Shown here: in pieces, positions 16,689 to 24,396 of the stretch
Layout of the letters: each line of letters begins with the position of its first letter
Numbering within the stretch: the stretch's first letter is position 1
Source of the DNA: Pseudomonadota bacterium
GTDB lineage: Bacteria > Bdellovibrionota_B > Oligoflexia > Oligoflexales > CAIYRB01
Reading direction: 5' to 3'
Assembly (NCBI GenBank): GCA_031416315.1
Contig: JANOTL010000202.1
Location: forward strand, 1-64,000
Length of the DNA: 64,000 nt
Position numbers and translations under genes: made by a program
Notes under the pieces: model-generated
Database searches by the model: none
What the model was told of the DNA's origin: nothing
Seen by the model: only the letters and a program-made list of their open reading frames with translations

Positions 16689-18857
16689 TTACGGCAGCCC
16701 CTGCGTCGGCGCAACCTTAGGCGCGACCGGCGCCGCCACGTCCTTCGCAGTTCCAGCCTTCTTCTGCTCCGCAACGGCCGCCGCGGCCTGCGCCTTCTCC
16801 AAGTCCGGCAACACGATCTTGCTCGGGAGCGCGCGCTTATTCAGCAGCTGGACGTAGTCCGCGGAGATGCGGAGCGTCTCTTGGAGGTGGAAGTCCTCGG
16901 TCAGCGGCAGCTTCTCCTCGTCGTCCTCGTCTTCAGCTTTTTTCTTGTCCTTGTCCTTTTTGCCCTTGTCGCGGCCCGGCTTCGACTCAGCGCTCTTGAT
17001 GCCGTCCTTCTTCTCTTTCTCCGCCGCCGTCTCTTCCTTCAACGAGACCTTGGACCGCGACTCCTCGCCGTCCTTGTACTCCTTGATGGCGACGCGGATC
17101 TTCTCGAAGCCCTTGTCGGCGACGAGACGGGCAACGCTGGCTTCCTTCAGCTTCTTCACGGTCTCCGGGGAGACGAGCGTGAACGTCTTATAGTCGCTGG
17201 CCGCGATTTTCTCCCATGGGAGCGCGTAGTCGTAGTGCTTCTCGCCGATCTCGTACTCGTCGAGGACGTCGGGAAGGGCGATGTCGGACTCGACGCCTTT
17301 CAGCTGGGTCGAGGAGCCGGACGGGCGGTAGAACTTGGAGATCGTCACCTTGATGGCGCCGAGCTTCTCGTCCAAGTCGTTTAAGTTCTGGACCGTGCCC
17401 TTGCCGAACGTGTGCGTGTCGCCGACGATCAGTCCGCGGCCGTAGTCCTGGATAGCGCCGGCGAAGATCTCCGAGGCGGAAGCCGACTGGCGGTTGATCA
17501 TGACGACGAGCGGGCCGGCGTACTCCGTCTTGCCGTCTTCGTCTTTCTGCACGTAGGTCGAGCCGCGCGTGTCCTTCGTCTGCACGACCGGACCCTTGTC
17601 GAAGAACAGGCCGGCGATGTCGATCGACTCGTCGAGCGAGCCGCCGCCGTTGGAGCGCAGGTCGACGACGACGGCGTCGACGTTCTGCTTTTTCAAGTTG
17701 CCAATCTCGTTGCGCATGTCGGCCGACGAGCTCTTGAAGTTCTTCTCGCGGTTCTGGCGGCCCTCGAAGTCCATGTAGAAGGACGGGAGCTCGATGACGC
17801 CGACCTTGATCGTGCGCGGCGTCGCGCCTTCCGTGACGTTGACGTTGTACACGGTGGACTTGGCGGCGCGGTCTTTGAGCTGGATCTGCTCGCGGACGAT
17901 CGGCACGACGAGCTGCACGTTCTTGCCGCCGTCGTCGCGGACGACGGTGAGGCGGACTTCCGTGGCGCGCGCGCCGCGGATCAATTTCACGACCTCGCGC
18001 AGGTCCATGTCGATGACGTCGACCGGCGGCTCCTCGCCCTGGCCGACGGCGATGATCTTGTCGTCGACCTTGACCTTGCCGGTCTTGGCCGCGGCGCCGC
18101 CGGGGACCAGGCTCTGGATCGTGGTGAAGCCGTCTTCGCTGCGGAGCACGGCGCCGATGCCTTCAAGGGAAAGCCGCGTCGAGATGCGGAAGTCTTCCAG
18201 AGACTCGGGCGACAAGTACTCCGAATGCGGGTCGAGAGCCGATGAAAAAGAATTGAGGAAAAGCGAGTAGACGTCGTCGGAGGTCATCTCGTTCTGGCGC
18301 TTCACCCCCAGGAGGTAGCGCTTCTTCAGCTTGTCCTTCGCCTTTGCAACGTCGCCCATCGTGCCCTTCAGCTGCATCAGCTGGAACTTGATGCGCTGGC
18401 GCCAGCGCTCGGTGAGCTCCTCGGTCGTCGTGCCCCAGTCGAGCTTCTTCCGGTCGATGACCATGAACTCGTCTTTGGTGAAGTCGTGCGGCTGGTCGAC
18501 GATCGGGTCGATCGTCTTCTGGCGCTCCTCGAAGCGCTTCGCGTAGAGCTTCACGACCTCGTCGATCGCAGCGCAGTTCGAGTCCATGACCTGATCGTCG
18601 AGCTTGGTCGAGTACTTGGCCGCGATGGCTTCGACGTCGGCCTTGAGGAAGTAGACCTTACCCGGATCCCAGCTCTTGATGAAGTTGTCGAGCGTGCGCC
18701 GCGAGAGCTCGTCGTCGAAGTCGTGATGATAAAAATGCATCTTGAAGTAGACGCTGACCAGCTGGCGTACCTGTTGGCAGTTCAGCGCGTACGCGTCTGA
18801 GGCGCCGAAAAAGGCGCCGAGCAGAAAGCCGAGCTTCAGGACCCGGGAGAAGGGCAT
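16689..18857 (-). CDS. prc: Carboxy-terminal processing (tail-specific) protease, S41
   Basis: LDPHSEY, PDZ GIGA, DLRSNGGG, SASASEI, TFGKGTVQ, STQLKGVESDI. Confidence 0.95.
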   Translation of the reverse strand: MPFSRVLKLGFLLGAFFGASDAYALNCQQVRQLVSVYFKMHFYHHDFDDELSRRTLDNFIKSWDPGKVYFLKADVEAIAAKYSTKLDDQVMDSNCAAIDEVVKLYAKRFEERQKTIDPIVDQPHDFTKDEFMVIDRKKLDWGTTTEELTERWRQRIKFQLMQLKGTMGDVAKAKDKLKKRYLLGVKRQNEMTSDDVYSLFLNSFSSALDPHSEYLSPESLEDFRISTRLSLEGIGAVLRSEDGFTTIQSLVPGGAAAKTGKVKVDDKIIAVGQGEEPPVDVIDMDLREVVKLIRGARATEVRLTVVRDDGGKNVQLVVPIVREQIQLKDRAAKSTVYNVNVTEGATPRTIKVGVIELPSFYMDFEGRQNREKNFKSSSADMRNEIGNLKKQNVDAVVVDLRSNGGGSLDESIDIAGLFFDKGPVVQTKDTRGSTYVQKDEDGKTEYAGPLVVMINRQSASASEIFAGAIQDYGRGLIVGDTHTFGKGTVQNLNDLDEKLGAIKVTISKFYRPSGSSTQLKGVESDIALPDVLDEYEIGEKHYDYALPWEKIAASDYKTFTLVSPETVKKLKEASVARLVADKGFEKIRVAIKEYKDGEESRSKVSLKEETAAEKEKKDGIKSAESKPGRDKGKKDKDKKKAEDEDDEEKLPLTEDFHLQETLRISADYVQLLNKRALPSKIVLPDLEKAQAAAAVAEQKKAGTAKDVAAPVAPKVAPTQGLP

Positions 18858-18987
18858 GGCAAAGAACTCCTGCATTGGGGAAAGACCCATTCGATAATTA
18901 TTTCACCTTTTTACGGGCTCGGACAGGGGGGAGGTGGTCCGCCACGCTAAGCTTCTGGGCATGAACACCGATTAATGGAACGGGTTC

Positions 18988-21063
18988 ATGGGGTTTAGGC
19001 AACGCGAGAGGAGTTCCCGGGTGAGCGCTCCGCAAAAAAAGCGGCGCACCTTTTGGCTGGCGGACACGGTCACGGCGCAACACCGCGATCGCGCTCTGCT
19101 CTTGCAGCAAAAAGGATTTGACATCCAGTTCTTCACGTCGATCGACGTCGTGATCCAGGAGCTCGAGCAAAAACGCGCGGCGGTCATCGTCGTCTCCGAC
19201 GACGGCGACGAGACGGTGACCGAGACGATGGTGACGCAGCTGATGGGGATCCCCGAGGTGCAGGGTGCGCGCCTCATCCTCGTGCGCGGCGCCGCCTCGG
19301 AGCGGCTCAACTTCCTCGCGGCCTGCGCCAACTTCCGCGACGTGATCCCGTTCGACCTCGACGAGAAGCAGTGGCTTAACCGCTTCATGTTCGCGACGGC
19401 CAGCGGGCCGGTGCGCCTGCCGCAACCGGTGGCCCAAATCTCGGCGAGCCACATCGCCGCCGCGGCCTTCCCCGCGCGTCTCACCTGGATCAGCGAGCGG
19501 CGCCTGCGCTTCGAGAGCCGGGTGCGTCCCCCCGCCGGCGCGACCCTGAATTTAGGCGGTTATCTGGCCGCCGCGCTGGGGATCCCGTCGATCTCCTGCA
19601 TGGTGGTCGAGACCCAGCGCAGTCACCTCCTCTACCGCTTCTCCGACGCGGTGATCGCCGACTGGACCGTGCCACAGGCCGTCCGACCGAAGATGCTCGA
19701 GACGCTCGAGCTGTTGAAGCAGCAAGACCCGGGCCCGCGCTGTCGCGTCTTCCTCGCCGTGCAGTCGCCCAACCTGCGCAGCGAGATCCTCTCCAACTTC
19801 GCGGATCCGCGCTTCGAGGTCACCACGGCCTTGTCGAAGCAGGGGATCTCGGAGGAGCCGCGCTTCTTTTCTCCCGACGTCATCTTCTTCGAGACCGCCC
19901 TGGCCATGGAAGACGACGGCGTGCGCTTCGCGCAGATTATGGCCAACACGCACGAGAGCGCGACGATCGTCCTCGTCGGCGACGCGTCCGGCGCGACCGA
20001 AGTCCAGCAGTTCGCGAAACGCTTTCCGGGACGTCGCATCGTCCTCATGCCGAAGCTCGTGCGCAACGTCACGCAGTCGGTTGCGAATCGCTACCTCCAC
20101 GTGAGCGCCCGCCGGATGCTCAGTGAGGAGCCGGAGGCGCGTCAGCTCCTTCCAGAAAATCCCCTGTCGTTGGCGGAGGTTAGCTTCCCGGCGCGGGTCA
20201 CGCGTCTGCACCCCACGGCCATCCAGGTGGCGATGCCCTTCGCGGTCGGCAACTTCGCGCTCGGCCGCGTCGAGGCGCCGGCCCTGCGCAAATTGATCGG
20301 GCGCAATCCTTGCGTGAAGATCACCGCGACCTATCAAGATACGCATCCCGAAGCGCAAGGCTTTGTGTACCTGGCCGACGCGGCCTTGGCCGATCTCACG
20401 AGCGACGAGCAGAAGCGGCTCGGCGAAGGCCTCATGCGCTTCGTCGCCGACGCCATGGCGCGCGGCGCGACGGTCGGCTCGAGCGCGGTCGCGGCTCAGG
20501 TCGCCGTGGCGACGCCGATCGTGCCGGCCTCGGTGGCGGCGAGCAACGTCGTGCCGATCAAGGTCGCTCAAGCGCAGGTCGCCGCACACGCCGTGGCGCA
20601 TGCGACGAACGCGAGCGCGAGCGCAACGGCGATCGCGATTGACCCCTCCCCTTCCTTCACCTCCCAGCCTACGACCGTGGTCGCTACGGTTTCGGACTCC
20701 CGGGCGCATGAAGCGCGCATCAACGCGGCCATGGCGCGGCTCGAGGATACGATGACGGCCCCGGGCTTTCCGCTGAAAGAGATGAGCGCGCCGGCGTCGA
20801 GCATGGGCAACGAGGGCGGAACGTATCGCAGCGCGGCCGCCGAGCTGCGGGGCGACGTGGTGCGCGTCGTGCGCAATGCTCAGGCCGAGGGCCTGATCAT
20901 GGTCTTGAAATACGTGGCCATGGTCGCGTTCGGCTTGGCGATCGTTTGGGCGATCTTCGCCTTGGTCGCGCCGCATTATGAGCATTCTGGCGGGGTTTAT
21001 TCTGAGGGGCTGAAGAAGATGGCGCCGCATTTGCAGTCAACGCCGCCCACTAAGGGTAAGTAG
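18988..21063 (+). CDS. Hypothetical protein with duplicated receiver-like/PilZ-like modules and a C-terminal TM helix
   Basis: Long ORF with typical codon bias; repeated FPAR(L/V)T motif; hydrophobic C-terminal helix; domain calls tentative. Confidence 0.6.
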   Translation: MGFRQRERSSRVSAPQKKRRTFWLADTVTAQHRDRALLLQQKGFDIQFFTSIDVVIQELEQKRAAVIVVSDDGDETVTETMVTQLMGIPEVQGARLILVRGAASERLNFLAACANFRDVIPFDLDEKQWLNRFMFATASGPVRLPQPVAQISASHIAAAAFPARLTWISERRLRFESRVRPPAGATLNLGGYLAAALGIPSISCMVVETQRSHLLYRFSDAVIADWTVPQAVRPKMLETLELLKQQDPGPRCRVFLAVQSPNLRSEILSNFADPRFEVTTALSKQGISEEPRFFSPDVIFFETALAMEDDGVRFAQIMANTHESATIVLVGDASGATEVQQFAKRFPGRRIVLMPKLVRNVTQSVANRYLHVSARRMLSEEPEARQLLPENPLSLAEVSFPARVTRLHPTAIQVAMPFAVGNFALGRVEAPALRKLIGRNPCVKITATYQDTHPEAQGFVYLADAALADLTSDEQKRLGEGLMRFVADAMARGATVGSSAVAAQVAVATPIVPASVAASNVVPIKVAQAQVAAHAVAHATNASASATAIAIDPSPSFTSQPTTVVATVSDSRAHEARINAAMARLEDTMTAPGFPLKEMSAPASSMGNEGGTYRSAAAELRGDVVRVVRNAQAEGLIMVLKYVAMVAFGLAIVWAIFALVAPHYEHSGGVYSEGLKKMAPHLQSTPPTKGK

Positions 21064-21071
21064 TCCTCCGT

Positions 21072-21101
21072 CTCTGCGTCCTCTGCGCAGAGGACGCAGA
21101 G
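21072..21101. repeat. Perfect 30-bp palindrome (REP-like)
   Basis: CTCTGCGTCCTCTGC|GCAGAGGACGCAGAG. Confidence 0.9.
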
Positions 21102-21142
21102 GAGACATGGCGCGGGTCATCTGGTTGGCCTAGACTCGGCAC

Positions 21143-22588
21143 ATGACTATCCCCGTCGCCATCATGGTCTCCGCAGCTTTAGGCTTCTACTCCCGAGGTG
21201 TCTGGCAGCCCCTGACGCTCGGCGCAGGCAACGTCGTGCGCTTCCATGCCGAAGGTGCGACGGCGACGGGCGTCCTCACGAGCGATGTCGTGATCGGCAC
21301 CTCCGGACCGAACGCCATCGACGTCTTGCACGCCTTGCCCGGATTTCTCGGGCACCGGCCGCTGCGCGTGCCGAACGCCTTGGTCGCGACCTTCACCACG
21401 CCGCTGAAAGCTTTGGCCGCGGCGAACGCATTGCACGGCGAAGCGGGGATTCGGTATGCGCATCCGGATTTCATCCTGCCGAAGAATTGGCGCGGCGCGA
21501 CCGACGAGCCTTTGTTCTCTTCGCAATGGCATCTGCAGAATCGCGGCGAGGACGGCGCCCGCGCCGGCGCCGACATCAGGGCCCTCGAGGCGTGGACGCA
21601 CGCTACCGGGCGGCCGGAGACCCTGATCGCCGTGATCGACGGCGGCTTCGAGACGGCGCATCCCGACATGGCCCTTGCCTGGGCCGTGAACCCGGGCGAG
21701 ATCGCGGGCAACGGGGTCGACGACGACCACAACGGCTACGTCGACGACGTGCTCGGCTGGAACTATTTCGTCGACACGGCAGATGTCGACGACGGCTTGA
21801 TCGAGGACCATGGCGCCGCCGTCGCGGGCGTCGCGGGCGCGCGGATGAACGGCCTGGGCTTGACCGGCGTTTGCCCGGACTGCAAGCTCTTGCCGATCGT
21901 TGCCTCATGGCAGGCCTCCGACGACGCCGAGGCCATGATGTACGCGATGGAACGCGGCGCAGCGGTGATCACCAACAGCTGGGGCTACGAGCTGCACGCT
22001 CCGGTCACCGACGTGATCGTCGATGCGATCGACACAGTGACGCGCAACGGGCGCGGCGGCAAGGGCAGCGTCGTGCTCTTCGCCATGTCGAACATCGATC
22101 AGGACGACTGCGCGGGGGATAAGCCCGACATCTCGTCTCTGGCGACGGTGATCGCCGTGAGCGCGTCGTCCGACCTAGACAAGAAGGTCAAGGCCTCGGG
22201 TCACGGGCCGTGCATGGAGATCCTTGCGCCCTCGTGGGAGCGCGGACGCGGCCATATCGCGACGACGGATCTGACGTCGACGCGCGGCTACAATCGGCGC
22301 GTGGCGCCGACGGATTTCCCGGATCTCGACTACACGAAATCCTTCGGCGGCACTTCGGCTTCGACGCCGATGGTGGCGGGGGTCTTCGGGCTGGTCTTTT
22401 CAGTAAATCCAGAGCTGACGCGGGCGGAGGCGACGGCGATCGTGCTCGGAACGACGGCGAAGATCGATGCGGACGTGGCGGCTTATGATCCGATCACGGG
22501 GATGAGCGTGACGCACGGGTTTGGGCGGGTGGATGCGGCGGCGGCGGTGGCGGCGGCTCGGGCGGCGCAGGAGCGCTCGCGGCCTTAG
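21143..22588 (+). CDS. S8 subtilisin-family serine peptidase
   Basis: AVIDGG, HGAAVAG, GGTSASTP triad; NGVDDDHNGYVDD Ca loop; start uncertain. Confidence 0.92.
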   Translation: MTIPVAIMVSAALGFYSRGVWQPLTLGAGNVVRFHAEGATATGVLTSDVVIGTSGPNAIDVLHALPGFLGHRPLRVPNALVATFTTPLKALAAANALHGEAGIRYAHPDFILPKNWRGATDEPLFSSQWHLQNRGEDGARAGADIRALEAWTHATGRPETLIAVIDGGFETAHPDMALAWAVNPGEIAGNGVDDDHNGYVDDVLGWNYFVDTADVDDGLIEDHGAAVAGVAGARMNGLGLTGVCPDCKLLPIVASWQASDDAEAMMYAMERGAAVITNSWGYELHAPVTDVIVDAIDTVTRNGRGGKGSVVLFAMSNIDQDDCAGDKPDISSLATVIAVSASSDLDKKVKASGHGPCMEILAPSWERGRGHIATTDLTSTRGYNRRVAPTDFPDLDYTKSFGGTSASTPMVAGVFGLVFSVNPELTRAEATAIVLGTTAKIDADVAAYDPITGMSVTHGFGRVDAAAAVAAARAAQERSRP

Positions 22589-22624
22589 GTCCGGCCGGGA
22601 TTTTGCGGCTTCACGCCTTAGTTC

Positions 22625-22765
22625 GTCTCTGGCGCGAAACGCGCCAGAGACTATCCTCAGCGCAGCGAAGGATCTCACCGCGTCAATCGAAACAGTTGGT
22701 AATCGCCGAGTTCCTCCGGCGCTTTGCTCCCCAGCTTTGTCTCTGGCGCGTTTCGCGCCAGAGAC
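22625..22765. repeat. REPIN-like pair of 27-bp palindromes in inverted orientation
   Basis: GTCTCTGGCGCG-AAA-CGCGCCAGAGAC at 22625 and the same with TTT loop at 22739. Confidence 0.85.
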
Positions 22766-23262
22766 TAGTTCACCTGCGGCCGGCGATCGCAGCGCTCGCG
22801 GCGGCAGTGGCCGTACATGTCGAGGCGGTGCGAAGCGAGCTTGAAGTCGTGCGCTGCGGCCATCTTCTCCTGGAGGCGCTCGATTTCCTCGTTCTCGAAC
22901 TCGATGACCGCGCCGCAATCCAGACAGATGATGTGGTCGTGATGCTCGCCCGGGGTCGAAACCTCGTAGACGAAGCGTCCCTCACCGAACTGCTTTTGCT
23001 CCGCCAAGCCGGCGTCGGCGAGGAGGTTGAGGGTCCGATAGATGGTGGCGAGGCCGATGTTGTGGCCGTCGCGGCGCGCCGCCTCGTGCAGCTCCTCCGC
23101 CGATAGGTGGTTCTTCATGTTGATGAAGAGCTCGACGATGAGCTTCCGCTGGCGCGTCTGCTTCAGGTTTTTCCGAAGAAGATAGTCGTCGAGAGCCGTC
23201 CAGAACCAGCGGTGCTGGTCGGGCTTCTTGGTGCTCGGTTTGGTCTTGGCAGTCTTCAACAT
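22765..23262 (-). CDS. fur: Fur-family transcriptional regulator
   Basis: HLSAEEL, GLATIYRTL, HHDHIICLDCG...EF. Confidence 0.92.
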   Translation of the reverse strand: MLKTAKTKPSTKKPDQHRWFWTALDDYLLRKNLKQTRQRKLIVELFINMKNHLSAEELHEAARRDGHNIGLATIYRTLNLLADAGLAEQKQFGEGRFVYEVSTPGEHHDHIICLDCGAVIEFENEEIERLQEKMAAAHDFKLASHRLDMYGHCRRERCDRRPQVN

Positions 23263-23373
23263 GGAGCCTGGAAAAAGCTTGGGCGATCTGGGGACCGGCG
23301 CGAGGGCCGCGAATCACTTGATTTATTCATATAAATCAGAAGATTATGCTTGCGGTCAAGGCTTTCGAGGGAT

Positions 23374-23389
23374 TGGCACGGAAGGCGCA
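23374..23389 (+). promoter_or_regulatory. Putative sigma54 promoter
   Basis: TGGCACGGAAGGCGCA; upstream inverted repeat TGATTTAT-N4-ATAAATCA at 23319-23338. Confidence 0.55.
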
Positions 23390-23425
23390 TCGTTAGATGA
23401 TATGCTGAGTCGGAGGATTCCCCCC

Positions 23426-24313
23426 ATGTTCCCAACGTTTGTCCGCGCCCGCGTGGCCTTGATCCTGCTTGTCTTGGTGGCGGTGACGGCCCAAGGTTGC
23501 CGCACCCCGCGCCGCAGCGTCCGCGTCGGCGGCGACGCCGCGACCCTCAAGGTGCAGATGGGTGGACTCGATCAAGCCGCTCTCGGGCGCACCGACTGGC
23601 TGTATGAGCTCTCGGGCTGCGTCCCCGTCCTAAACGGCGCCCTAGAGGGCTCTGACCTCGTCGTCTTCAAGGCCATGGGCCTGAAAAAAGGTCTGGCCGG
23701 CTGCCAGCTGCGGGTGCGGCTTTTGAACTCGACCCCGGGCATCAGCTTTGCCGCCGGTACCGAGCCGAACGTCCTTTTCTGGGCGCGCGAGCTCATCATC
23801 TCCCAAGACGCCGGCGGGCACCTCGTCGCCAAAGCGCCCCTACAGAAGCTCTTCACGATCGCTCCGTCCGCCCAGGCAAAGAAGAACTTCACCCTGAAGG
23901 TGCCGGTGAAATTCAAGCTGCCGGAGGCCGGCACGCCGATGACGGCAGCGCTCACCTGCACGCCCCTGATCGCCAATATCGGCCTTTATCCCGACGGCAA
24001 CCCGGTGGAGGGCGAGTTCACTTTCGCCGTCGCCATCGACCAGGAAACGCCGTTCAAGTGCACCGAGATGCAGGTCGGGATCGCCGGCACGAAGAGGCGC
24101 TACAGCGCCACGTTCGAAGGCGGTAGCGTCGACATCCAGGCCGTGCCGGACCAGACCGTGACGACCGCGGCGCTCGAGCTCGAGTTGCAGGAAGGCCCCG
24201 ACGGGGACGGCGGCGGCGTTCAGGTCGAGGTCGAGTCCAAAGACTGCAACAGCGACGGCAAGATCTTCGACACCGCGACGAAAGAGTGCGTCGACAAGCC
24301 GGCCGCGAACTAA
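23426..24313 (+). CDS. Hypothetical Cys-containing lipoprotein
   Basis: GGAGG RBS, AQGC lipobox, beta-rich body with paired Cys. Confidence 0.7.
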   Translation: MFPTFVRARVALILLVLVAVTAQGCRTPRRSVRVGGDAATLKVQMGGLDQAALGRTDWLYELSGCVPVLNGALEGSDLVVFKAMGLKKGLAGCQLRVRLLNSTPGISFAAGTEPNVLFWARELIISQDAGGHLVAKAPLQKLFTIAPSAQAKKNFTLKVPVKFKLPEAGTPMTAALTCTPLIANIGLYPDGNPVEGEFTFAVAIDQETPFKCTEMQVGIAGTKRRYSATFEGGSVDIQAVPDQTVTTAALELELQEGPDGDGGGVQVEVESKDCNSDGKIFDTATKECVDKPAAN

Positions 24314-24396
24314 GGGCGCATAAGGGCAACAACTGCCCACCGCCACGTTGCTGACGGCATACTAGCGCCGCCTCCCTTCCCCTAAAATGAAGGGGA

